A stretch of 64,000 nucleotides of DNA from Tubiluchus corallicola (GCA_030141605.1 JAQGDQ010000574.1:73933-137932), one strand, 5' to 3'. Counted from the first letter of the stretch, positions 13,701-51,966 are shown. Translations and numbers: made by a program. Notes: generated by a model not told the origin, from the sequence alone.

Positions 13701-16700
13701 TAAAGCGCGTTGCAGCCTGTAGCAGCTTGTTGAGCCAATGTGTTCTATCTGCACCAAGTAAAAGAGCAAATTGGTAAAAACCTAGTAACGTCTCGAGTAA
13801 CGATTTTTGTTCGGCGTCTGACACACTGTCAATAAGTACCTTGATTCTTTCCATATCAACAACGAATCAAAAACACTTCGCACTGTAATCTTTTAGTCAG
13901 GTAGCAGAAAAACCGAAGTGGCTAATTTATATTGTGTATTAAAAATATCATACAAACAGCATACAAAATGGTCTTATGCTTTATTTTATTTTCAAGCACG
14001 TAAACTTGTACCAGATAGTAGAACGTTCTAGCAAATAATAATTCCACAAGCTGTGATAGTAAAATTTGTGCATATTGTACCTTTGTACCTTAATCACAGC
14101 AAACTGATGACAAACAAACAAACAACTTATCCTGGTAAATAAGACGCAATTTGTCTAAAGCGCTGTTATCAGATGTAAATAGTGAAGCATGGTGCAATGA
14201 GGAAACCTCGTGCAAAATGGCGTAATTTTATAGCAAAGTAGTTTTGTGAGAGGATCCAATTTATTTCTTGGTTGCTTGCAAACAATTGTCTTTTTTTAAT
14301 AAAGAGCCATAACACTTGGATAAATTGTTGCTGTATATTTAATTCTAAACATGGACTCTTGATACAGTCTTTTAGGTTCATTTTGTTTATATTTTTATCT
14401 ATTGGTGACCATTACATTTTTTTCAAGGCTTGATAATGTAGTTATACTCAAAATGAAAATATAATTATTATGGATACCCATACCCAATCTATAGGTTGCT
14501 GTGACTTCAGTCTGGAATATAAGAACTACGGAGCAGCATTGCAGCCCCTTTTAATATAGTTGACTTTGTATTCTAGTGTATATCCTATACTTAGGTTGCA
14601 TTGATAGCTTAATTTAGTTAATTACTCATGTTAATTGAATGAGTCATTAGTTAATTACTCATTAAGCGAATTTATCTACTACAATAAAGCAAGTAGTGAC
14701 TGTAGGTATATGAGCACACACCTAGTTAGCTCTGGGAAGAGTCCCACCTCATACCTGCCCTAGATCTCCCATACGCTCAACTGAACAGGCTATCTAGCCA
14801 ATAAATTGTCGTGTTAAAGGACAAGGTCATCCAGTTTTATCTGTTCTAGAAATTGAAACTAGGTTCAACACAGTGTGTCGAACGTGTTAAGCCAGTGAAG
14901 TCGTCGAATATGGCTTCCGACGAATATTCATTAATAATCGAAGTCAAGACTTAATTACTGTGGCGACAGAAAGTGATTAAAGGGCACTGACATACCAAAG
15001 GGTTTGGTGTTTGAGCCGTGAGGCGAAAACACCAATAAACTGGCTACTACTTGTTATTTGACGTACTGCTGTAAACGGAAATTCAGGAGATCTGGTGCAG
15101 AAACAACCAGGCGATGACCAGACGTTGTATCAGTGGTAGTTTCACGAGCTCCACGGGTCAGGACTCCACTGCACTCCACTAGGATTGGAGTACTTTACCA
15201 CTTACGACTCCGGTACACCTGACAATATTGTCGAAGTGGCCACGTAAAATTCCGCCCCCTGCTGAGCTTTGGAAGAGTAACTGCTCAAGATTCCACAAAG
15301 TTCGCATAACCATTTAGTCACGTTATTCCAGCTTCTAGAGTGATGGAGAACGTCAAATGTTGGAATCCGACAGTGTCCGACTTTTCAGGCACTCCAACTC
15401 AGCCTATTGAGTAACTTAGTCTGGTGTACACTTGTGTGATCCTACATATTAATTTATTGATTGCCTGTTTGCTACAGCTCAAGCTGTGCAGTGTTCAGCT
15501 GCTATTCCAGGAAAAACCAACCGATCAGCCAAGGAGAAATCAAGGTCATTTCATCTTGTAACAAGAATTTCTTCTTAAAAATACAGTAGACTCAAAGTGT
15601 ATCAGAGTGTTGTGGCTGGATAGTTGAAATTTTCTACATTAGCTGATTTCACACAAGTGATACTGTACTTTGTTACAGGTGCAAACACTGCAGTTACTGA
15701 AGGCTTTTCTTAATTTTTTTCTTCAAAAATTTATTTGTAAGTTTGTCTAAGGTATGCGAATGCATTAATATGTAATTTTGTATGAAAAAGTTATCAAATA
15801 TTGCATAATTGCTAAATAGTGAGATCAGTTTTTCATGGACTCATGGAAAATGCAGCAAACGTTTACACTCCCCAAGGGTTGAAGCACATTTTAAATTGCA
15901 ATGATGCTGTTGTGGAGATCGCTGGCATCTATTAGAATTACAATGAACATTGTAGAATGTTCCATTAGAATAATCGTCTTACCTTGTAGAATGTTCTAGA
16001 AAGAAACGTCTAGAATGTTCCCTGGCACCCTATATAAGGTGAAGCAGGCCGCTGAGACGGGAACACTGGATTCACACGGACGCCACTTACACATTCTCTT
16101 CTATACTTACATTTGTTTTCCAGATTTTCACGTTTAGTGTAAACATTTCGTGTTCCTTCATACTTTTGTGTTGTAGAATTCTCGCTTAATAAACTAGTTT
16201 AATTTGATGAAATGTTTTCTGGTTTTCTCTACGAGGCTTTAGAGAGAAATGCAACACAACAGCTACGCCTCACACTATAACTTGTAAACTTTTATTACAT
16301 TATTACGGTTACATAGGAACCAGTTGGTGAAACTCTGGAAGAACTGTGGATATCTTACAACTTTATTGAGAAAGTGAAAGGTGTAAATGTTCTAAAAAAT
16401 TTAAAGGTAAACACATTTCATATCTATAATTTTACCCTGGTATCTTTTTTTAACCCTTTCAGTCCCAAATTATTTTTTTAATAAGAAAAATTTTTTTGGC
16501 TTGGTACTTTTGCGCATCAGTGCGTTCCTGTGTCTATTATTATGAAAATGAATTACAACCTTTTGTTCCCAATGTATCCTGTGGGATACACAGCATTCTT
16601 TGTCATGTGCAAAAAAACAAAGTCCGACTTTTTTAAAAACACAACAAAAGCAAAAAATGTGCCTCATTTTGCAACTGCTGATAATTTCTTAAAGTATTTA

Positions 16701-19700
16701 AGACATTTAGTATGCACGCTATGCTGATCTGTACAAAGTCGTCTCTAAAGTACTGTACCTTGCGCAGTTTTTTATGCTATGTAGATTTTCTAGTTTGCCA
16801 TTTTATCACCATTTTTAGTCTGTTGTTATTGGCTTAAATCAAAATAACTATTAGCAGATCAAATAACTGTCAGTTTTAAAATTTTATTAATATTCTCGTA
16901 TTCCACGGGATACAACGGGTATGAAAGGGTTGATTAAAAATTCCTTAATTCAGTCTCGCTGTTTGTTGTACTTTTTTCAACTGCAAAACTATTTATCCAT
17001 TCGAGTTGAAGTTTGATAGGATGGTTAGTTAGGCTGCCTTTGGTTCGAAACAAAAAATGTGGCAATTTGTAATTATTTAACTAATTATAGCTGTTTATTA
17101 ATTAATTTTAATAAGTTTAAATTGCTTTAATTCTTATCCGAGTTGAAATTTGATAGGATGGTTAGTTAAGATGTCTTTGGTTCAGAGAGAAAAACTGGTA
17201 GAAATTTGTTAATCACAGTAGCAGAGTTGCTTAATTAATAAGCCTTTTGACAGTCTGGTTGTGCGCACATGCAGTTGCCGTAGGTCAAAGGTTAAGTGTG
17301 CCACAGCTATGCGTCTTAACTACAACCATCACGTGATGTGTGTGTAATGTGAAGCTGTCTGTCGCATCAGTTCAGTAATGTCAGTTGTTTTACCTGCGCT
17401 TCACTTAATTATGCATTAGTCTGTGAGTAGAATGATTTACTAGCAGGATCTTGCTTGGGAACAAGAAAAAAATGAACTAGGTAAGGTTCTAGCTAGCTGT
17501 TAGAACTGTTACTATTACAACAATGTGGGATGTGAGGCTTTGTCAAGTGTACGCAAATGCGTTGACTGGTACACTTGACCTTTGACCTTTTTACGATCAT
17601 CATGATTTGCTGGAACTGTGAAAAGGCTCATTACAGTGTTATTTTTGTAACTAGTACAATATATTTATGAAATCAATCGATGTTATTGATTTTGTAATTT
17701 TGTTTATAGGTGCTGTACATGTCCAACAATTTAGTGAAGGACTGGGGGGAGTTTGGTAAACTGGCTGATGTGCCAAATTTACAAGAGCTTGTGTTTGTAG
17801 GTAAGTTTAAAATTTATGTGCCAGATGACTTGTAAAGTCTGAATTTGTACTCGGCCCTGGTAGAAGTCTGAAATCGGACTCTGCCCTGGTAGAAGTCTGT
17901 ATTTGTACTCGGCCCTGGTAGAAGTCTGAATTTGGACTCGGCCCTGGTAGAAGTCTGTATTTGTACTCGGCCCTGGTAGAAGTCTGAATTTGGACTCGGC
18001 CCTTGTAGAAGTCTGTATTTGTACTCGGCCCTGGTAGAAGTCTGAATTTGGACTCGGCCCTTGTAGAAGTCTGTATTTGTACTCGGCCCTGGTAGAAGTC
18101 TGAATTTGGACTCGGCCCTGGTAGAAGTCTGTATTTGTACTCGGCCCTGGTAGAAATCTAAATTCGGACTCGGCCCTGGTAGAAGTCTAAATTCGGACTC
18201 GGTCCTGGTCTGAATTTGGACTCTGCACTGGTAGAAGTCTGAATTTGGACTCGGCCCTGGTAGAAGTCTAAATTCGGACTCGGCCCTGGTAGAAGTCTGA
18301 ATTTGGACTCGGCCCTTGTAGAAGTCTGTATTTGTACTCGGCCCTGGTAGAAGTCTGAATTTGGACTCGGCCCTGGTAGAAGTCTAAATTCGGACTCGGT
18401 CCTGGTCTGAAATCGGACTCTGCCCTGGTAGAAGTCTGTATTTGTACTCGGCCCTGGTAGAAGTCTGAATTTGGACTCGGCCCTTGTAGAAGTCTGTATT
18501 TGTACTCGGCCCTGGTAGAAGTCTGAATTTGGACTCGGCCCTGGTAGAAGTCTGTATTTGGACTCTGCCCTGGTAGAAATCTAAATTCGGACTCGGCCCT
18601 GGTAGAAGTCTGAATTTGGACTCGGCCCTGGTCTGAATTTGGACTTGGCCCTGGTAGAAGTCTGAATTTGTACTCGGCCCTGGTCGAATTTGGACTCGGC
18701 CCTGGTCTGAATATGGACTCGGCCCTGGTAGAAGTCTGTATTTGGACTCTGCCCTGGTAGAAATCTAAATTCGGACTCGGCCCTGGTAGAAGTCTGAATT
18801 TGGACTCGGCCCTGGTCTGAATTTGGACTTGGCCCTGGTAGAAGTCTGAATTTGTACTCGGCCCTGGTCTGAATTTGGACTCGGCCCTGGTCTGAATATG
18901 GACTCGGCCCTGGTAGAAGTCTGTATTTGGACTCTGCCCTGGTAGAAATCTAAATTCGGACTCGGCCCTGGTAGAAGTCTGAATTTGGACTCGGCCCTGG
19001 TCTGAATTTGGACTTGGCCCTGGTAGAAGTCTGAATTTGTACTCGGCCCTGGTCTGAATTTGGACTCGGCCCTGGTCTGAATATGGACTCGGCCCTGGTA
19101 GAAGTCTGAATTTGGACTCCGCCCTGGTAGAAGTCTGTATTTGTACTCGGCCTTGGTAGAAGTCTAGATTTGGACTCGACCCTGGTAGAAGTCTGTATTT
19201 GTACTCGGCCCTGGTAGAAGTCTGTATTTGTACTCGACCCTGGTCTGAATTTAGACTCGGCCCTGGTAGATTTGGTTTGAGTACGCACAGCAGAGAAATT
19301 GCCAGGACCAGATTTGGACTGACCCTATAAACCGGATAATATTCATCAAAACTGATTATTATCTGAATAATCTTATTTTAATGGCATTTTACATTTGATA
19401 AAGGTTATTTCAGAAGTAACTGCACCGAACAGAAGGCTAACTTTGTGCGTCCCAGGGGAATGAGGGAATAGGGGAAGCTGATCTTTCTCCTGTAATTAAA
19501 TCTTCTAATTATAATCAGTGAAATAATGAATCTTGTAAATTTTGAAAGGTAATCCGTTGGAAGAAAAGCACAGTTCGGATGGAACATGGAGAGATGAAGC
19601 TTGCAAGCGCTTAACGAATTTGAAAAAACTTGACGGTGAATTTCCTTGTAACAAATTTAATCTTCGCTTTACCGTTGCCGTTCAATGAAAGATGCAAAAA

Positions 19701-21055
19701 ATGAACTCAAACCAAAAACAGTAAAGTTCTACATGTCTGGATTATAATATTGTGCAATTAAACAATTATATCATCGACTTCATAATATTTTTAACAAATT
19801 TCTAATTTTCTTTTGCTGAGGGCAAACCACGATTCTTCTCGCACTTTGGAAGCTCACGTTTTTTAATTGTTTTTTATAACTGAAGGTGCAACTCCGACAA
19901 CTTGGCTACCAAAGAAACTGTTCACATTCGGTGCAATTTGGAACATATGCCTAATTTTTGAAACATTACATGATTCTCTAAAAGTTTCTAGTCATTTCGG
20001 TGTACTGTTTTCCATTTGCTGAAGTTGGTGTGGATCCGTTTCGTTTTATAATAAATTTGTTTATCGGTTGTTTCATGTAACGTATTCCATTTAGATTTAA
20101 CTCTTTCAGGACCAAAATAAGTCTTATAAGACCTATGACTTTTCTGCTGTTATATGAGTTCACAGACATAACTAAATGATTACAAATTAGATACTGCTCT
20201 ATTCAGGAATCTTGTCTATCTAAGTTTCCTATTTGTTTAAACATTTTTCAGTGATTTAATTGCATAAAATTAAGGCAAAGAGCCTCTTCAGGCACTTAGC
20301 CTTGAGTAGCTGAGTTTGGTGTGCACTTGCGTGATCGTACACAATATTTTATTGATCGTGTCACTGCTTGCAACGCCCCCCCCCAGTTGAGCAAGTTCTG
20401 CTGTCCAGAAAAAAGGACAAATTAAGGTCGTTTCACCTTTTCACAGGAATTTCTTCTTAAAAATAGAGGAGACTTGAGGGTTAAGTGCATCAGAGTGTTG
20501 TGTTTGGACAGTTGAAATTTTCTACATTAGCTGATTTCACACAATGGATACTGTACATTGTTACAGTGCAAATGTTGCAGTTGCTGAAAGATTTTTAATG
20601 GTTTTCATAAAATTCAATAAAATTCATTCTTTATTTGTCTAAAGTAAGCAAATGCATTTCATATATAATGTTGCATGAAAATCCATTGTGTGAGGAGTAG
20701 AAACCTACAAAAATTATCAAATATAATGTAATCACTGCTTAGTGACAGCAGTTTTTCATGAACTCGTGCAAAAATGCAGCAAACTTTTACGGTCCTGAAG
20801 GAATTAATATTTACCAGTTGAAGTTGAGGGAGAACTGACAAGTTACAAGAACAGCTGAAACATCTTAAGTACCTTACATGTTTGTTGAGAATCACTGCTG
20901 TCAGATTGTCTGTCTGTCTCTTGTATAATTGATCTCTTGTACCCATTTTGAACTAGTTTAATTTGTTTCAAGTAGACACACCAATTAGACGCTTGTTTTT
21001 TTACTACACAGGTGTTCCAGTCATCAGACAAGAAGCTGATGAAGAGGAAGGCTAG
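4702..21055 (+). CDS. DNAL1: Dynein axonemal light chain 1 (LRR outer-arm dynein LC1), 192 aa
   Basis: Exons 4702-4707, 4852-4890, 5112-5221, 8635-8690, 9945-10000, 16317-16406, 17710-17800, 19549-19635 and 21012-21055, all GT-AG and in phase (579 nt). The translation ...[49 protein letters not shown]...[13 protein letters not shown]...[11 protein letters not shown]...[11 protein letters not shown]...LKKLDGVPVI closely matches recalled DNAL1. AATAAA at 21194. Confidence 0.96.
5751..8448. mobile_element. ~2.7-kb TIR DNA transposon relic with TTAA target duplication (Kolobok- or Sola3-like)
   Basis: Left end is TTAA|GAACGCGTCCGCGAGAAGACCATGC and right end is GCATGGTGCTCTCGCGGACTCGTTC|TTAA (25-bp imperfect TIR). 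An internal Cys-containing reading frame starts at ATG 6461. No intact transposase is present. Confidence 0.7.
8731..9120 (+). mobile_element. Solo-LTR-like element
   Basis: TGTTGTG...CACAACA termini, an internal TATA-like ATATAAGG and AATAAA, and near-matching flanks CACAT/CATAT. A related copy lies at 15908-16261. Confidence 0.65.
10165..10712 (+). mobile_element. 5S rRNA-derived SINE (SINE3 type), full length
   Basis: 10165-10282 is a near-complete 5S rRNA sequence (GAAGTTAAGCAACGTC..GCCTGGTTAGTGCTTGGATGGGTGACCG..GGGAATACC.GGTGCTGTAG) with no oligo-T terminator. A ~430-nt body and an (AAC)n tail follow. The 12-bp TSD AACATAACTATC is at 10153-10164 and 10713-10724. Confidence 0.85.
10790..11265. 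mobile_element. MITE family B (TTAA, piggyBac-like), left portion
   Basis: Begins TTAA|CTCCTTCAGGACC and aligns with the left ~two-thirds of the full copy at 20101-20803. Confidence 0.7.
11362..13854 (-). CDS. Ankyrin-repeat / cGAS-like (Mab-21/SMODS-fold nucleotidyltransferase, cGLR-type) protein, 830 aa, intronless CDS nested in DNAL1 intron 5
   Basis: Uninterrupted 2493-nt ORF. Residues ~40-345 carry ~8-9 ankyrin repeats ([47 protein letters not shown]). NTase motif [17 protein letters not shown] (G457, E470, D472) and third acid in VSVDVTP (D559). The C-terminal bundle has [11 protein letters not shown]...W...HP..VNIL, like cGAS SSYHVKTAFFH. Confidence 0.9.
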   Translation of the reverse strand: MERIKVLIDSVSDAEQKSLLETLLGFYQFALLLGADRTHWLNKLLQAATRFNMHELVHELLNRGAEIESLSRITIKFSGPVHMEVTPLETACSLGHTFLAQQLIERGAEINCHSRSSRHSPLILAIQKGHTEICEMLLAYGAEVDTFPETYKIRPIQHASSLGHTEIVKLLIKYGAKIDEHPYISVDGPPPLHAAAIHGHFEILVYLLLKGANVFYLNRTGYTALHAAATQRHVHCAALLMFAGSDILAENDDGWTPLSMACVRGRLDVLKLIYENMQERYSPKVVKQIVNKLYNGGSLIHLACQDAHTSAESVDVVKYLIDVGVQTKMLNDFHKTAYDICIGRAYAKALNRNYKQIAGLFLSYQYFQMWQEVSSKLSVTEGDETVSEVSVTGDDETVSKNICGLPLKDLVSEPGLGKISNVEEFDDIRKNIMELLGAASRIVYENHHIRFMPILVGSSACGVKIGQPDEFDFFAVVQLHRDFTADYFIKHHSLSDGKLKETFSQYLCEAVPAALREEEFKEKIVPNSFPHVVEWNKVCTCLKLCVLLPNKKIAQVSVDVTPCFEKVGVPKNANDKWPEDVNSYHYVLKPVESKINNCVSTKVEPTFAVAECGFIKNLDNNRKMVFILIKVLVKPVLYSCNKEIHLYPSHVASTFHNILVRADVNLPELYRAIKYQPDKVIDSYMLKVAFLHEVVTTKDDWGTENLKAHAVSIFQYIGHCCREGTMFHPLLNDVNILEDLKHKEMSGIPLLKLAEDAARAIANKLDIDAIPSNKGLMEPDLEKYHAMLKTHAANQAEGIWVKTQIERIDLYLRIVWDEIEESDKKQQSAS
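15384..15882. mobile_element. MITE family B, right portion
   Basis: Aligns with the right part of 20101-20803, through ...AAAATGCAGCAAAC.TTTAC and a decayed right end (AAGGGTTGA). Confidence 0.65.
15908..16261 (+). mobile_element. Solo-LTR-like element (same family as 8731-9120)
   Basis: TGTTGTG...CACAACA termini, TATATAA and AATAAA. The 3' ~130 nt are nearly identical to the first copy. Confidence 0.65.
16454..16929. mobile_element. piggyBac-like MITE
   Basis: TTAA|CCCTTTCA ... TGAAAGGG|TTGA termini. Confidence 0.5.
17239..17630. mobile_element. MITE family A copy
   Basis: Shared body and TIRs with the other family A copies. Confidence 0.8.
17835..19270. repeat. Minisatellite, 29-bp unit (GACTCGGCCCTGGTAGAAGTCTGAATTTG) with 23-bp deletion variants, ~50 units
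   Basis: Direct tandem repetition filling most of DNAL1 intron 7. Confidence 0.95.
20101..20803. mobile_element. MITE family B, full-length copy (TTAA TSD, piggyBac-like)
   Basis: TTAA|CTCTTTCAGGACC ... GGTCCTGAAGGAA|TTAA. Confidence 0.75.
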
Positions 21056-21259
21056 GTGCAAGCAACATAGAGATGTATTGGACAGAGGAGGTACACGACA
21101 TTCCGATTTGTCCAGTTTTCAGAAAGTGAAGCTGTTAGTAATCTGTATAAATGCCATTTGTTTAAAAGTAACAATGGTTGTAAATCAATATCAAATAAAC
21201 ATATAGGCTACATATTAGCCAAAACTATACACGTAATATGTTGTGATATGTGTAAAATA

Positions 21260-21830
21260 TAGTAAACTATGTATAACTCGGTCTGGAATAACTCAAATTC
21301 TTGTGTATGTCAAATGGATCTTGTGGAACGGATTTTCCCTTTAACAAACATCGTGTGACTCGAATTATCACCTAAGTCCAACCGAATTCCCGCTTCAGTT
21401 CTTACGAATCTGACTGAGATTACCCGCCTAGCTCAAACAACCTTGCAAGCAAAAAATCCTACACGAAAATGTGCACCACATTAACTACAAAAATGCTAAG
21501 ATTTCTTGTATTACCTCAACAGAATGCGACACGCAGCATGACTTAATGAACGTGGTTTAATGTAAATCACAAAATTATTATGGCGGAATTCTATTAACCA
21601 TGCTACTCATACTACCGTAGAGGTGGACCAGTTATATTTTATTCAAAAATTTTTTTATTATTTCATTAAAGGCTCAGTTTGTCATTTCCACAGGCTGTAG
21701 GGTTACTAGTATATTGTCCAACGTTGATGAGCGACTCGGTCTTGTTTTCTTATGGACATTGTCCAACTCGTGCTTTCGCATAACTCGAACAAATTTCCCG
21801 GTCCCCGAGGTTTCCGTAGTTTACCGTATT
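21260..21830. mobile_element. Tc1/mariner(Tigger)-like MITE; inverted related copy at ~29217-29660
   Basis: Shared blocks (AAAATGCTAAGATTTCTTGTATTA, GAATTCTATTAACCATGCTACTCA, CTCAGTTTGTCATTT) occur in opposite orientation, with (C/T)AGTAAA-type ends. Confidence 0.55.
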
Positions 21831-21892
21831 TATAACAAAATGATCCCCAAGTGTTGCTTTTGTCTGTTAAAACGATAACGTTGCGCTTAACT

Positions 21893-22353
21893 TAGGGTTA
21901 CCATGTTGTCTGAGTTGAAAATGAGGACGCAAATGGCTATACAGCAAAAAAACATTAACACACTGTCAGTCGGCTGCTTCTTCTTGGCTCTCAGAAACAG
22001 TTACGCTTGAACTTGACTGAGCCCGAGGCTAAGATCAAGAATACGCCGAGTATCTACAGCTGTGTGAGTCGCGTGACCCATAGTGATGTGCGCATCGCTT
22101 ACTTTTGTTCAGTAAATATGTACACAAAGCTTTTACAAGGGTTGCATTTTGAGATGTTAGCAACATCTTGTATTGAAAATTAACGAGCTTTTCTTTGTCT
22201 CGTACTGTCGTGCACCTCTGCAGTTGGCCTCTCCATACATACTTGCAGATTGAGGCAAAACCCGGACAAACTACCGATTTTTTGAAAACCCGCCCTGACA
22301 GAGGCCCAAAAAAGAGCACGTGTCCGGGGAAACCCGGATGTATGGTAACCCTA
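21893..22353. mobile_element. hAT-like MITE
   Basis: TIR TAGGGTTACCAT/ATGGTAACCCTA with 8-bp TSD GCTTAACT/GTTTAACT (one mismatch). Confidence 0.8.
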
Positions 22354-24103
22354 GTTTAACTTATACATGGTGTAAGCTCATTCATTTAACTCTATTACAA
22401 TATAATTTGTACTAGAAAAAGCAAAGACACAATGCAATTGTAAAGTATCCATATAAATTTTATTTTGAGACTTTATATTTATATTGCAATTAAAATTTGT
22501 AACAACATCAATTCTTTTAACAAAATTTTCTTAAAGAATTAACCAAGTTAGATTTTATCAGTTGATAATAAGGCAGGAACGAGTTTCGCAATATTTCACC
22601 TTGGATAAATTTTCTAGTACATTCATTAAAAAAACTACAAACCAAAAATAAGTTTCTTACAATGTACTAAACAAAAAAAAACCTATTAATCATTTGGTTA
22701 GAACATGACATCATATTTTACAACATGATACACGAAATCGTGATACTAAAAAGTACGATATCTACACTAAAAGCAACAAATACATAAAATCATGAGCAAT
22801 GATAAGTAGGGACGCTAAAATGATTATATGGTTTAATTAGGACTTAGTTAAAAATGAAGGCAAGATATTGATTAACCTCGGAAATGAACGATGTAATTAT
22901 TTACATGATTTCTCAAAACGCCTGTTCATAATTAATGAAAATCGTCTATATGACTCTTCTATTTAAATCCGTAAAATCTACCGTACCTAATATAAAATCA
23001 CAATATTGCACTAAATCATCTACATTTCAACAAAAAATCAATAATTCAACAATTTATCACGACAAAGCAAACTTTCACTTGCAAGATTTTTTTTGCAAAA
23101 ATATAAACCTCTCAGATGATCCATCTGCAAAATATAATCTTTGTGTCTACCGGCTACAATATGAAACAATGCGGCTAAACTTTACTCACATATGTAACAA
23201 AATTTACATACAGCGTGTTTGTTCTTTAAACAAAATAAACCTTCATGTAGAGATACGTGTGCGAACACGTCAAAACAGCCGTAGATAACAAAAATCTCAA
23301 CACATGTGAACAATTACACAGATATATCTTCAATAAACAACTGACGTTATCAACACACTAAGAAAAGTGATCAGTTTTGTTCAGTATAAGCCTAATTAAT
23401 TTTACTTTTTTCATCAAAATGAAAAAGTACATTTGATATCTAAAAAAATGTGCGGTGTGAACCAACTAAACGTATCGCAATCACAACGGTTCGTTACCGT
23501 CGACAAACATTCTGCGCTTTACAATTTTACCCCATACATCATATAATAACTTTATATACTTAAAACAAATTCCGGTTTCAGCAATGCCACCTAACTGGAA
23601 CTGCGAACATTTTTCATTTTTTCAATCACCACAAACTAGAAAATTTCTCTTCTGCTCTGGGAGCAGCTAAAGAATCGCAATAACATTTCATTATCAACAA
23701 ATAATTCCATAGATCCTCAAGCCTTTTCAAACTTAAGCTAATTTACAAGGGCACAATTCTGCGTTCGCCTTTTGAAAAGGTTGCGAATGATTCATTAACA
23801 CCTGTTAATTAAAGCCGTGCGACAAGAATTTACAGTTGTAATTTGATTACGTGAAGCACCCCGGACTGAACTTTGCAAAATCAAACTTGAAACTTTCAAA
23901 TTTAATCGCCATCTTTGATTACAAACAGCAAAAGAAAACAACGACTTGTTTTTATAAACTCAAACTCTTGGAGCTTCGCTGATAAGAACTTCCTAACTTT
24001 GACTAGTTTCAGCACTCGGCAACCTAGGTAGTAAGTCATAACACATAAACTAACAATTAAACTTCGTTTCACGAGTGACCGTTGTTGCTGACCGGAAAGT
24101 CTA

Positions 24104-24436
24104 AAGTGGCGTTTACGTAGCATCCAGATGCGGATGCGCTTTGAAACGTGCAGAATAGATAAAATCGGTTTACACTGTTTTCAATGCAGCCGTTTATGGA
24201 GCCTGTGTCATTCTTCTTTTGCAGCTGTTTTCTATTAATTTTGTTCCGCAGGTGGAAAACACATCCACATCCTCATCCAGACGTTACATAAACACCACTT
24301 AACGTCATCCATATCCTCATCCAGACGTTACCGTAAACTCCACTTAACGTCATCCACATTCTCATCCAGGCGTTACGTAAACTCCACTTAACGTCATCCA
24401 CATCCTCATCCAGATGTTACCGTAAACGCCACTTAA
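24104..24436. mobile_element. Small TIR element in the presumed 3' UTR whose right TIR is tandemly amplified (~44 bp x4); related copy at ~30949-31147
   Basis: AAGTGGCGTTTACGTAGCATCC at left and four copies of CATCCAGACGTTACGTAAAC.CCACTTAA at 24263-24436. Confidence 0.6.
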
Positions 24437-25007
24437 CGTCTATAACTCACAAATATCGGAGTACGACGCAGTTTACAGCAAAGCCAACTAATATTTTACT
24501 ATAATATATATGCACGCTTAGATTGACGCAATGAAAACTCTTCCAAATGCATCGCTAAACTGTTTGTTACAGAAAAGCGCAAATCCGTAAGCCATCAGCC
24601 ATAATCCATGGTAGGCTCCTTGCAAGCCGTTATTGTGAAATGAACTTGGCCATTAATTTTATTTGTCATAAAGCGTTTTTGGTCATCAAAAATGTGAAAA
24701 TCAGTGTAATTAAGCTTTTTCTATACAAAATTCATTTATATTATAAGAATTCATAAGTCGATAAACCTGCTGTTCTTCTCAAACTTGCCAAACAGTGAAA
24801 ACGCGCTGTACAGACGAAAGCTTCAAACTGACACAGCTATGAACACGTCGTACAGACTCAGTTATCAGACGTCAAATAAGCAATGTAGAGACGAAGGATT
24901 TCTATTACAGAAGGTTCTATATTCATCCAAGCTTCAGATGCTGGTTCATTAGTGAGTCATCATAATGTTTGATAGAATCGTCTGATGCTTTTCATATAAT
25001 ATCATTT

Positions 25008-51966
<26,959 letters not shown>

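Noticed and set aside
13900-13920. IRF/ISRE-like site (GAAAAACCGAAGT) upstream of the cGAS-like ORF
   Set aside because: Imperfect match that is easily found by chance in AT-rich DNA.
15006-15033. Hairpin GGTGTTTGAGCCGTGAGGCGAAAACACC as a hammerhead
   Set aside because: It has stem II and GAAA but lacks the CUGANGA core.
8731-16261. A single ~7.5-kb LTR retrotransposon carrying the ANK-cGAS-like gene as cargo
   Set aside because: The interval contains an essential DNAL1 exon, the two LTR-like copies are diverged in their 5' halves, the outer flanks (CACAT/GCTAC) are not a TSD, and no gag/pol is present.
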